Positions 19,090-29,200 of a DNA stretch of 64,000 nucleotides are shown piece by piece. This DNA is from a bacterium. Lineage in GTDB: Bacteria; Actinomycetota; CALGFH01. The DNA lies in contig JBKPDO010000166.1 of NCBI GenBank assembly GCA_046727955.1, forward strand, positions 1,440 to 65,439, in the 5' to 3' direction. Below the pieces are notes generated by a model, which was not told the origin of the DNA, searched no databases, and saw nothing but the letters and a program-made list of their open reading frames with translations. The position numbers and the translations under genes were made by a program. Every line of letters begins with the position of its first letter. Position 1 is the first letter of the stretch.

Positions 19090-19647
19090 ATGTGGCGCAG
19101 GACGGCGGTGGCTGGCGTCCTGCTCAGCCAAAGGGCCACTGGCCAGACCAGGGTGTCGGCCCCCCCGGGCCACACCGAGGGCGCGGCGCCGGCGCGGTCG
19201 GGCGGCGCCGGATGGCTGTTCGCCCTCGGTGTGGCCTCCGGCGGCGGCCTGCTGGTGCATGCGCTGGCCAGCCACGCCGCCGCGCCCTCGCCGGTGCGCT
19301 GGCTGCGGCGGACGGTCCGCGGGGAGCTGCGGCGGACGGTCCGCGGGGAGCTGTGGCTCGCGGGCGAGGTGCTGCTCGCCGCCGCCCTGCTGAGCAAGCT
19401 ACCACCAGGCACAGACGTGGAGTCCCACGCGGCCGGCGCCACCGCCGCGGGGACCGGGCCGGCGGCCGCCCTCGGCCTGCAGGCGAACGGCACCGACTAC
19501 ACCACCACGGTGCGCGTAACCCTGCAGGCGACACCGGGCGCCGCCGGCCCCAATCGCTTCCTGGCCAATGTCGAGGGGCCTCCGAAGAGGTGACGGTGCC
19601 GCTGCGGCTCCAGGTTGCGGCCCCCGCAGTCCGCTAGAGCGGCGCCC
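19090..19647 (+). pseudogene. Internally deleted CopD-type copper resistance gene
   Basis: HALASHAAA and RGELWLAGEVLLAAALLSKLPP are CopD-like; RRTVRGEL duplicated at the junction; frameshifted tail EVTVPLRLQ. Confidence 0.6.
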
Positions 19648-19858
19648 GGCCCCGGGGCTGACCCGGACCCCGGGGCCGGGGCCGACCCGGTCCCGGGGCT
19701 TGACCCCAGACCCCGGGACCGGGCGGACGGCGAATCATCTCGCGGCGTTTCCGCGAAGCGACCGGCGTTCCATGGGCCACGGCCGCGGATCTGCCTACAG
19801 ACCATCGGGTCTCGGACGCGGATCGCCTGGCTGAACCCGGCCGAACATTCACAGCCGC

Positions 19859-19878
19859 CACTAATCCTTTGCTAATCG
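19859..19878 (+). promoter_or_regulatory. CTAATC direct repeats at 11-bp spacing (SARP-type site)
   Basis: ctaatc at 19861 and 19872, upstream of the SARP gene. Confidence 0.4.
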
Positions 19879-20090
19879 GACGGCCAGGACGCCTTTACAG
19901 TCCCGCGCATATTGCGCATAGACTTCTTGCGTAGGAAGCAAGGCAGGGCTGATCATCACGACGACCGTCCGAACCGCCGCGCGGCTGCGCCACCGATCCT
20001 GAGCCGCGGGAGTGCCGTCGACATGGCCAAGGCCGAAGACGCCCACACCAACCGGTCCGCGTTCCGCCACGCCCTCGGCGAGGCCGGGAG

Positions 20091-23000
20091 ATGACCTCGC
20101 CGGTCGACTTCCTGCTCCTCGGGCCGCTCGAGGCGCGCCAGGCCGGCCGCCCCCTGCGGCTCGGCAGCATCAAGCACCGCATGCTGCTGGCCAAGCTGCT
20201 GGTGCACGCAAACCAGGTCGTCTCCACCGACGAGCTGATCGACACCGTCTGGGGCGACCAGCCCCCGCCGACCGTTCGGCAGTCGCTGCAGAACCACGTC
20301 GCCTCGCTCCGCAGGGCGATCGAGCCCGGCAGCGTCGCCAACCCACCCCGAACGCTGCGCACCCGCGACCCCGGCTACCTGCTGCAGGTCGATCCGGACC
20401 AGCTCGACCTGCACCGCTTCCGCCGGCTGCTCGACGAGGGCCGCGGCGCGCTCGATTCCGGCGAGCCGGCCACGGCGGTGCGGCTGCTGCACGAGGCCCT
20501 GTCGCTGTGGCGCGGCCCGGTCCTGGCCGACGTCGTGGCCGCCGGGGCGGCCTGGCCCGAGCTGGTCGGCATCGACGAGGAGCGGGTCGCGGCGCTCGAG
20601 GTGCGGCTCGAGGCCGACCTCACCCTCGGGCGTCACCCCGATCTGATCGGCGAGCTAGAGGGCCTGGTCCAGGTGCACCCGCTGCGCGAGCACCTGCACG
20701 GGCAGCTCATGCTCGCGCTGTACCGCTCTGGCAGACAGGCGGACGCGCTGGCCGCCTACCGGGCCGCCCGCCGCATCCTCGTCGACGAGCTCGGCATCGA
20801 GCCGAGCCTGCGCCTGCAGCGGCTGGAGCAGGCGATCCTCGCCCAGGACCCGGCGCTCGAGCTGCTCGGCCCGTCCGCGGCCGAGGCCGAGCCCGGGATC
20901 CTGGCGCTCGACCGGGCTGCGGCCGGCGAGCCCGCCAGGGCGGCCGCGCCCGGCGGGGCCGAGCGCAAGCTGGTCACCGTGCTGTTCGCCGAGGTCGACG
21001 AGCCGGCTGCCGAGCCAGGCGAGCGCGACCCCGAGGACGTCTCCAGCATGCTCGAGCGGCATCTCGAGCGGATGCACACCGAGATCTTCAGCTTCGGCGG
21101 GGTGGTAGAGCACGCCATCGGCGGCACCATGATGGCCGTCTTCGGCGTGCCACAGACCCGCGAGGACGACCCCGAGCGCGCCGTGCGCGCGGCGCTGGCC
21201 ATCCGCGACGCGCTGAGCGGCCGGGCGGAGCTGCGCATCGCGGTCGGCACCGGCGAGGCGCTCGTCACCCCTGGCGGCGGGCCCACGCGGGTCGCCGGCG
21301 ACCTGGTCACCGCCTGCGCCCGCCTGCAGCAGGCCGCCCCCGCCGGCGCGGTGCTGGTCGCGGAGGCGACCGAGCGCGCCACTTCGCGGACGATCAGCTA
21401 CGGGCCGGCGACCATGCTCGTGCTGCCCGGCCGCGCCAAGCCCGTGACCGTGTGGAGCGCGCTGGAACCGCGCAACCGCACCGGGCTCGAGACGCTCGCC
21501 GCCCGCCCGGTGCCGCTGATGGGACGGGCACGGGAGCTCGGCGCCCTGCTAGAGGCGTTCGAGCGGGTCCGGTCCACCGGCAGCCCGCGGCTGGTGACCC
21601 TGGTCGGACCGGCGGGCATCGGCAAGAGCCGCCTGCTGGCGGAGCTGTGGCAGTCGCTGGAGGCCGACCGCGACCTGGTCGCCTGGCGCCAGGGCCGCTC
21701 GCCGCCCTACGGCGAGGGGATCACCTTCTGGGCGCTCGGCGAGATCATCAAGGCAGAGGCCGGCATCCTCGAGAGCGACACCACCGACCGCATCGACCGC
21801 AAGCTCGCGCAGGCGGCCAGCTACGCCCTGGCAGGGATCCCGGACGCGGCCGCCTGGGTCACCGCGCACCTGCGCGTGCTGCTCGGCGGCAGCGACGAGC
21901 GCTCGCAGCCGCGGGCGGGCCGCCAAGAGGAGGCGTTCGCCGCCTGGCGGCGCTTCCTGCACGGCCTGGCCACCCGCCGTCCGCTGGTGCTGGTCGTCGA
22001 GGACCTGCACTGGGCCGACGACGCCCTGCTGGAGTTCCTCCAGAGCCTGCTCGACGGCGCCGGCAGCCCGCCCGGCTCACTGCCGCTGCTGCTGGCCACG
22101 ACCACGCGGCCGGAGCTGCTGGAGCGCCGGCCCGGCTGGGGCGGCAGCGGCCCGTCGACCACCATCAGCCTCGAGCCACTGCCGCGGGACGACACCGTCC
22201 GCCTACTCGGGGCACTGCTCACCCACCACCGGCTGCCCGGCGCGGTCGCGCCCCGCCTGGCCGCCGCGGCGGGCGGCAACCCGCTGTTCGCCGAGGAGTA
22301 CGTGCGCATGCTGCGCGACCGCGGGCTGCGCACCGAGGAGCTGAAAAACGCGGCGGCGGGCGAGCCGCCGGCGATGGGGGCGCCCGAGCTGCCGCTGCCG
22401 GAGACCGTGCACGCGATCGTCGCCGCCCGCCTGGACGCGCTCTCCGTGGCCCAGAAGGCGGTGCTGCACGACGCCGCCGTCCTCGGCCGGATCGCCTGGA
22501 CAGGTGGCCTGGCGGCCGTGGGTGACCACGACCGCGACAGTCTGCAGGCCTGCCTCGACCACCTCGAGGCCAAGGAGTTCCTCTACCGGGCACGCCGCTC
22601 CTCGGTGGCCGGAGAGCCGGAGTACGGCTTCCGGCACGTGCTCATCCGCGACGTGGCCTACGGCCAGATCCCGCGGGCGCAGCGGGCCGACAAGCACCGC
22701 CGGGCCGCGGCCTGGCTCGAGTCGCTGTCAGCCGACCGCGTCGAGGAGCGGTCCGAGCGGCGCGGGGCCGCCCGCGCGGAGCTGCTGGCCCACCACTACG
22801 GCAGGGCGCTCGCCTTCGCTCACGCCTCGGGTCAGCCCAGTGACGAGCTGGCCACGCACACCCGCCTGGCGCTGCGCGACGCCGCCGACAGGGTGACCGC
22901 GCTTGGCGTGCATGCCACCGCCGCCCGCTACTACGCCCGCGCCCTCGAGCTGTGGCCGGAGCGCGACCCCGGCCACGCCGAGCTCGAGTTCCGCACCGGC

Positions 23001-24242
23001 CGCGCCCTCTACCACAGCGAGGGCAGCGGGGAGAAGCTGCTCGCACGAGCGCGCGACGGGCTGCTTGCCGCCGGCGACTTCGAGCGCGCGGCCGAAGCCG
23101 ATATCCTGCTCGGCCAGCACGCCTGGGAGCACGGCCAGCACGGCGCGGGCGATCACGTCGAGCGGGCCGTGGCCCTGGTAAAGGACGCGCCGGCATCGCG
23201 CTCCAAGGCCGCGGTGCTGCGCGGCCGCATGATGCACTCGATGGTCGCCGAGCACCACACCGAGGCGATCGCGCTCGCCCGTCAGCTCCTGGAGATGGCG
23301 GTCCAGCTCGGCATGCTGGACATCGAGGCCGCCGCGCTGGAGGTGATCGGCGGCGCCAAGGTGCTCGGCAGCGGCGATCCCAGCGGGGTGGCCGACCTGG
23401 AGCGCAGCATTGCCATCTACGAGCAGCTCCCCTCCCTCAACCCGGCCGGCGCGTACATCAACCTGGCCGAGATGCTTGCGGCGCTCGGCGACCTGCCGCG
23501 CTGCTTCGCCACCTGGGCAGCCGCCTGGCGGTGCGTAGAGCGCTTCAGCGTCGAGCACCGGCTGCGCTGGATGGAGTTCGAGCGCGTGGCCGAGCACTAC
23601 TGGACCGGGCGCTGGGACGAGGCGCTGCGCAAGGTCGAGTCGCTGGTCGCCGAGTCGGCGGCCGCGCGCGGGCACGTCCTGGAGTGCCGCTGCCTCATCT
23701 GGCGCGGCCGTATCCGCCTGGCCCGCGGCGAGACATCGATGGCCGTGGCCGACTCGGTCGCCGCGCTCGAGCTGGCCCGGGCTTCCGGTGAGCCGCAGGA
23801 CCTGGACCCCGCGCTGGCTTTCGGCGCCCGCGCCCTGCTCGCCGCCGACCGGGCCGAGGACGCCGTCCCGCTGGTCGACGAGCTGGTGAAGGTCGTGGAC
23901 GGGCGGCTGCTCAAGGCGACAGTCGGCAGCGACCTGTCGCTTGCGCTGGTCGCCCTGAACTATCCGGTCGAGGCCCTGGACGGCGTGCTGCCGTCACGCT
24001 GGCTGGAGGCCGCTCGCGCTCTGCTGGCCGGCGACATGCGGCGGGCGGCTCAGCTCTATGCCGCCATCGGCTCGCGCCCGGACGCGGCCGCGGCCCACCT
24101 GGCCGCCGCGCGCCAGCTGACGGCCGCGCGCGAGGCCGGTGCCAGCAGGTCAGAGCTGGCCGCCGCCCTCGGCTTCTACCGCGAGGTCCGCGCGAGCGCC
24201 TATCTCCAAGAGGCCGAGGACCTGCTGTTCTCCCTGGTCTGA
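20091..24242 (+). CDS. SARP (wHTH-BTAD) + cyclase-like + AAA/STAND ATPase + TPR regulator
   Basis: LLGPLEA, LREHLHGQLMLALYRSGRQADAL, ERKLVTVLFAE, GPAGIGKSRL, VVEDLHWAD, TPR-like helical tail. Confidence 0.92.
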   Translation: MTSPVDFLLLGPLEARQAGRPLRLGSIKHRMLLAKLLVHANQVVSTDELIDTVWGDQPPPTVRQSLQNHVASLRRAIEPGSVANPPRTLRTRDPGYLLQVDPDQLDLHRFRRLLDEGRGALDSGEPATAVRLLHEALSLWRGPVLADVVAAGAAWPELVGIDEERVAALEVRLEADLTLGRHPDLIGELEGLVQVHPLREHLHGQLMLALYRSGRQADALAAYRAARRILVDELGIEPSLRLQRLEQAILAQDPALELLGPSAAEAEPGILALDRAAAGEPARAAAPGGAERKLVTVLFAEVDEPAAEPGERDPEDVSSMLERHLERMHTEIFSFGGVVEHAIGGTMMAVFGVPQTREDDPERAVRAALAIRDALSGRAELRIAVGTGEALVTPGGGPTRVAGDLVTACARLQQAAPAGAVLVAEATERATSRTISYGPATMLVLPGRAKPVTVWSALEPRNRTGLETLAARPVPLMGRARELGALLEAFERVRSTGSPRLVTLVGPAGIGKSRLLAELWQSLEADRDLVAWRQGRSPPYGEGITFWALGEIIKAEAGILESDTTDRIDRKLAQAASYALAGIPDAAAWVTAHLRVLLGGSDERSQPRAGRQEEAFAAWRRFLHGLATRRPLVLVVEDLHWADDALLEFLQSLLDGAGSPPGSLPLLLATTTRPELLERRPGWGGSGPSTTISLEPLPRDDTVRLLGALLTHHRLPGAVAPRLAAAAGGNPLFAEEYVRMLRDRGLRTEELKNAAAGEPPAMGAPELPLPETVHAIVAARLDALSVAQKAVLHDAAVLGRIAWTGGLAAVGDHDRDSLQACLDHLEAKEFLYRARRSSVAGEPEYGFRHVLIRDVAYGQIPRAQRADKHRRAAAWLESLSADRVEERSERRGAARAELLAHHYGRALAFAHASGQPSDELATHTRLALRDAADRVTALGVHATAARYYARALELWPERDPGHAELEFRTGRALYHSEGSGEKLLARARDGLLAAGDFERAAEADILLGQHAWEHGQHGAGDHVERAVALVKDAPASRSKAAVLRGRMMHSMVAEHHTEAIALARQLLEMAVQLGMLDIEAAALEVIGGAKVLGSGDPSGVADLERSIAIYEQLPSLNPAGAYINLAEMLAALGDLPRCFATWAAAWRCVERFSVEHRLRWMEFERVAEHYWTGRWDEALRKVESLVAESAAARGHVLECRCLIWRGRIRLARGETSMAVADSVAALELARASGEPQDLDPALAFGARALLAADRAEDAVPLVDELVKVVDGRLLKATVGSDLSLALVALNYPVEALDGVLPSRWLEAARALLAGDMRRAAQLYAAIGSRPDAAAAHLAAARQLTAAREAGASRSELAAALGFYREVRASAYLQEAEDLLFSLV

Positions 24243-24243
24243 G

Positions 24244-24385
24244 GGCTTGTTTGCATTCGGGGGGGAGCCCGAGACAGCTCCCCCCCGAACCCCCCACCGG
24301 GCACCTCGACGTGACCCCTGGGTCGGGGGTCAGCACCGCGATCGGGCAGGGTCGCCGTGCCGCGGATCACCATTGCAACCAGGCC
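24244..24385. mobile_element. MITE-like element, copy A (one internal unit)
   Basis: Ends ggcttgtttgca...tgcaaccaggcc; body closely similar to 42062-42367; inserted at the SARP stop codon. Confidence 0.75.
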
Positions 24386-24559
24386 CCGAGGCGTGCGCTG
24401 CCTCGCGCCGTCGCCAGAGCCAGTCCGCTTGAGGCCCAGATGGGGGACATTGCGTAGGTAGTTCTTGCGAGGTGCACTCAGGACCCATGGGGAGTACAAC
24501 TGGCTGAGAGAGATCGATACCACTCTCTTGTCGAACCGGTCAGAGGAAGGCTGGACCAT

Positions 24560-25126
24560 ATGCCTGAGACGCCTCGCGAACGGCTTCTCGAGACGGCCAC
24601 GAACCTCCTGTACAGGGAGGGCATCCAGACCGTCGGGATCAACCGTATCGTCGCCGAGGCGGAGGTGGCGCTCATGACCCTCTACCGCCAGTTCGGGGAC
24701 AAGGACAACCTGGTCGCCGCTGCGCTCGAGCACTGGAGCACGCAGTGGCTGCACTGGCTCGCCGACCACGTCGACCGCCGCGGCGACGATCCCGAGGCCC
24801 GCTTCGCTGGCCTGTGGGACGCGCTCGAGGAGTGGTTCACGAGCGAGGGCTTCCGCGGCTCCTTCATCGCCAGCGCCGCTGTCGAGCTGCGCGGCGAGCC
24901 GGAGCACCCCGCACACCGAGTGATCGAGGGACATCGGCTGGCAATGCGGCACCTGCTGGAGGATCTCGCCAAGGCCGCCGGGGCGCGCGACCCGGACGAG
25001 CTGGCGACCCATCTGCAGGTGATCGTCGACGGCGCCACCTCTGTCGCCATGGTCGACCGCACGCCCACCCCCGCTCGCAATGCGCGCGCGCTGGCCGGCG
25101 CGGCGCTGGCGGTGAGCGCCAGCTAG
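24560..25126 (+). CDS. TetR/AcrR family regulator (NemR/ComR-like)
   Basis: RERLLETATNLLYREGIQTVGINRIVAEAEVALMTLYRQFGDKDNL. Confidence 0.93.
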   Translation: MPETPRERLLETATNLLYREGIQTVGINRIVAEAEVALMTLYRQFGDKDNLVAAALEHWSTQWLHWLADHVDRRGDDPEARFAGLWDALEEWFTSEGFRGSFIASAAVELRGEPEHPAHRVIEGHRLAMRHLLEDLAKAAGARDPDELATHLQVIVDGATSVAMVDRTPTPARNARALAGAALAVSAS

Positions 25127-25563
25127 CGCCGGCCAGCGTGGCGGCCGCCCTCGCTGCTGGCCGACAGCGCCACCAGCGTCAGGTGCCGAGCGATGCGCGC
25201 CACCGCCGGCTGGCGGTCGATCAGCGCGCCGACCACGGCGCCCTCGTAGAGCACCTGGAGCTGGCTGGCCAGCGTGGCGGGATCGTGCACACCCGCCGAG
25301 CTGGCAAGGCCCTCGAGCAGGTGCCGCAGCGAGCGGCGCTGCTCGGCCACGGCCTGGTGGGCCGGATCGGCGGCGTCGCGCAGCTCTGGCGCGGCGCCCG
25401 CCAGGAACGACCCGTCGAAGTCGTCGCTGGCGAACCATTCCTCGAGCACGTCCCAAAGGGCGAGCAGGCGCTCCGTGGGCGTGTCACCGCGGCGGTCGAG
25501 CTCCTCGGCGAGCCACTCGGGCCAGTCCCCACGGGTGGGCTCCTCTACCTCGTCTCGTCTCAC
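25123..25563 (-). CDS. TetR C-terminal-domain-only protein (no HTH), paralog of the adjacent TetR
   Basis: RBS aaggggagagg + GTG; WLAEELDRRGD/LWDVLEEWF/LASQLQVL align with the TetR C-domain; stops overlap at CTAG. Confidence 0.8.
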   Translation of the reverse strand: MRRDEVEEPTRGDWPEWLAEELDRRGDTPTERLLALWDVLEEWFASDDFDGSFLAGAAPELRDAADPAHQAVAEQRRSLRHLLEGLASSAGVHDPATLASQLQVLYEGAVVGALIDRQPAVARIARHLTLVALSASSEGGRHAGRR

Positions 25564-25753
25564 CCTCTCCCCTTGGGCCGATGAGTCGGTAGGAGCCGGG
25601 CGGTCCCAGCAAATCTGTCAAGGCTCGCTTCATCGTCGTATTCCAGGAGCGTCGGCGCAAGACCGTACAGCCGAACAGATGACTCAGAGACCGGCACCGG
25701 CGCCCAAGTGGGGATAGTTTCCCGAAATTTTGCTTCCACGTCATGAAATACTC

Positions 25754-25784
25754 TTGACAGATGATAGAGAGAGATCGCTATCAT
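25754..25784 (+). promoter_or_regulatory. Promoter TTGACA-19-TATCAT with palindrome atgatag-N10-ctatcat
   Basis: Read directly, upstream of the small ORF at 25837. Confidence 0.7.
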
Positions 25785-25836
25785 TACCCATTCGCGCCGG
25801 CTGGGAGACCGGCGGTGGAGGAAAGGGAGGCCCCCC

Positions 25837-25959
25837 ATGCGCGACTCCAAGCACTGGCCCATCCGCTTCGTGCGGTACGCGTACCTGACGGTGATTTCCA
25901 TGGGCGCCGCCGCGCTCCTGGTCGCGGGCTTCAGCCAGCCCAACTGGATGTGGTGGTGA
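25837..25959 (+). CDS. Unannotated 40-aa single-TM peptide (MRDSKHWPIRFVRYAYLTVISMGAAALLVAGFSQPNWMWW)
   Basis: Strong RBS ggaggaaagggagg, own promoter, GC3-rich codons; below the ORF-track cutoff. Confidence 0.7.
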   Translation: MRDSKHWPIRFVRYAYLTVISMGAAALLVAGFSQPNWMWW

Positions 25960-26062
25960 CATCCGGCCATCTTGAAGTCCGAGGTGGCGGCCCCAACGGG
26001 CCGCCACTCGGCGTTCCGGCCCATCCGCCCACGCTCCCGGCCCATCCGCCCACGGTGACCCG

Positions 26063-26133
26063 CGAAGACCTCCCTTGAGCACGTCCCTCGAAGACCTCCC
26101 CCTCGAAGACCTCCCCCTCGAAGACCTCCCCCT
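26063..26133. repeat. Tandem repeat 15 bp x3 (cgaagacctccccct) plus one degenerate copy
   Basis: Read directly; upstream of the second STAND gene. Confidence 0.9.
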
Positions 26134-26214
26134 GGCTGGACCGACGACCTAGGCTTGTAGGCTGCAAGGGCTGCAAGCCACGTCCGCCGCAGAAGCTGTC
26201 ACCGAGGGACGCAA

Positions 26215-29200
26215 TTGGCCGATCCCCAACCGCCCGGCGAACAGCCGAGCCACGCCGAGCGCAAGCTCGTCACCGTGCTGCTCGCCGAGGTCGACGAGGC
26301 GGCCGGGAGCTGGGACGAGCCCGACCCCGAGGACGTCGACTGGGCGCTCACCGGGCACGCCGCTCGGGTCCATGACCAGGTCCGTCGCTTTGGCGGCGTG
26401 GTCGAGCACCGGCTCGGCGGCCGCACCCTGGCGGTGTTCGGGCTGCCGCGGACCCGCGAAGACGACCCCGCGCGGGCGGTGCTGGCCGCGCTTGCGATCC
26501 GCGACGCCCTCGGCGGCCCCGCCGGCGCCGCGCGGCCGCGCCTGGCGGTCTCGACCGGCATGGCGCTGGTACGGCTCGGCGGGCAGGTCCCCAGCGGCCA
26601 GCGCGTGCTCGGCGATCCCATCGCTATCTGCGCGCGCCTGCTCGAGGTGGCCCCGCCGGGCGCCGTGCTGGTGACCGAGCCGACCCTGCGCGCCAGTGAG
26701 CGCGCCATCCCCTACGGCCCGGCCAGCCTGGTGACCCTTCGCGGCGGGGAGCCACAGGCGGTGTGGAGCCCGCTCGCCATCTCGCCGCCCGGCCAACGCC
26801 GCTTCCCGCCGCTGGTGGCCCGGGACGCCGAGCTGGCCATTCTGGTCGAGCGGCTGGCGCAGGCGCGCTCGGCCCGCTCGCCGCGGCTGGTGACCCTGCT
26901 CGGGGCGGCGGGCATGGGCAAGAGCCGCCTGCTGGCCGAGCTGGCGGCGGCCGTCCAGGGCGGCCCCGAGCTGGTCGCCTGGCGCCAGGGTCGCTCTTCT
27001 CCGTACGGCGCGATGGCGCTCGGACCGCTCGCCGAGGTCGTCAAGGCCGAGGCCGGGATCCTCGAAAGCGACAGCGCCCAGGAGGTGGAGCGCAAGCTGC
27101 TCGCCACCGCCGAGCGGGTGCTGGACGGTCATAGCGCGGACGTAGGCCGCACCGCCACCCACCTGCTCACGCTAGTTGGGGCCAGCGCGGCGGGCAGCGA
27201 CACGGCCCAGGTTCAGCTGGACGACGGCGACCGCCGCGAGGAGATGCTCGCGGCCTGGCGCCGCTTTCTCTATGCCCTGGCGGTCAGGCGCCCCCTGGTG
27301 CTCGCGATCGAGGACGCCCACTGGGCCGGCGACGCGCTGCTCGACTTCCTCGAGAGCCTGGTCGACCCGGAGATCGCGGCGCAGGCGGGCCCGACGGCGC
27401 TGCTGGTGGTCGTCACCGCCCGACCGGAGCTGGCCGAGCGCCGGGCTGGCTGGGGGCTTGCCGAGAAAGGCGTCGGCAGCGTGGTCCGGCTCGAGCCGCT
27501 GCCCCCCTCCGCCATCGCCGGGCTGCTGGCGGCCCTGCTGGAGCACCATGGCCTGAGCGGGCGAGGGCGGACCGCCCCGGAACTGCTCGAGCGGGTCGGC
27601 GGCAATCCGCTGTTTGCCGAGGAGTACGTGCGCATGCTGCGCGACCGCGGGCTGCGCACCGAGGAGCTGAAAAACGCGGTCGCGGGCGAGCCGCCGGCGA
27701 TGGGGGCGCCCGAGCTGCCGCTGCCGGAGACCGTGCACGCGATCATCGCCGCCCGCCTGGACGCGCTGCCATCTGACGAGAAGGCGGTGCTGCAGGACGC
27801 GGCCGTCCTCGGCCAGGTCGGCTGGGTGGGCGCGCTGGCCGAGATCGGCGAGCGCGAGCGCGCCACCCTTCAGGCGCGGCTGCTGCGGCTGGAGAGCAGG
27901 GAGCTGCTGCAGGTGAGCGACCGCTCCCAGGTCGCCGGCGAGGTCGAGTACGCCTTCCGCAACGTGCTGGTGCGGGACGTGGCCTACGACCAGACCCTCC
28001 GCGCCGACCGGGCACGCAAGCATCTCAAGGTGGCGACCTGGCTGGAGCGGCTCGGCGGCGACCGCGCTGGCGAGCGTGCCGACCTGCTCGCCTATCACTA
28101 CCGCGCCGCACTGGACCTGGGCCGCGCGGCCGGGCTCCAGGTGCCTGGCCTCCAGCTGCGGGCCAGGGCCGCGCTGCGCGAGGCCGGCGACCGCGCCGCC
28201 GCCCTTGGTCTGCACGCAAGTGCCGCCCGCGCCTACACCGAGGCGGTGGGGCTGTGCGCGCCCGATCCCAGAGATCCCGAGCGGCCCGCCCTGCTGCTGC
28301 GGCTCGGCCGGGCTCGCTGCCGCGCCGAGGGCGCCGGCGAGGAGGAGCTGAGCGCCGCGCGGGACCTGTTCCTCGCCAGGGACGAGCCGGTGCCCGCTGC
28401 GGAGGCCGAGATGCTCCTCGGCGAGCTGGCGTTCCTCGGCGGGCGCGGCGACGAGCGCGCGGCGCGGCTGGATCGCGCGCTTGCGCTGATCGGCGGCGCG
28501 GCGCCATCGCCCACCAAGGCCGCGGTGCTGCGCGGCTGCATGTTCCACCTCGCCATGGCCAACCGGCACGCTGAGGCGCGGGCGGTGGCGGCCGAGGTCC
28601 TCGAGCTGGCGCGCCAGCTCGGCCTGCGGGACTTCGAGGCGGACGCGCTCGGGACCATCGGGCTGGCGCGGGTCGACGCCGGCGACCCAGGCGGTGTGGC
28701 CGACCTGTCGGCCGCTATCGCCGCCTTCGACGCGCTCGGCACGTCCGGATCGGTCGCCTGGCACCTGAATCTGGCCTATGCGCTGGCTGCGCTGGGCGAC
28801 CTCGCCGGCTGCCACGCCGAGCTGGCGGCGGCCGCGCGCGGCGCCGAGCGCTTCGGCCTGCTGCGCGCCGCCCGCGCGATCAGGCTCCAGCGGGTCGCGG
28901 AGTACTACTGGACCGGTCGCTGGGACGAGGCGGTCGCGGTGGTCGACGTGTTGGTGGCCGGCTCGCCCGGGGAGGAGCGCCACTACCTGGAATGGGAGTG
29001 CCGGCTGTGGCGGGGCCGCATCCGCCTGGCCCGCGGCGACCTGGACGGGGCGCTGGCCGATTCGGTGAGGGCTCTGGAGCTTGCGCGCCGCGCGGCCGAC
29101 CTGATGGCGCTCAACCCCGCCCTTGCCTTCCGGACGAGCGTCCTGCTTGCCGCGGGCCAGGTGCCGGAGGCTCGCGAGGCGGTCGCCGAGCTGCTGGCGA

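Noticed and set aside
25560-26045. 161-aa minus-strand ORF over the peptide promoter
   Set aside because: Crosses promoter elements and the sORF; atypical codon use; no recognisable motif
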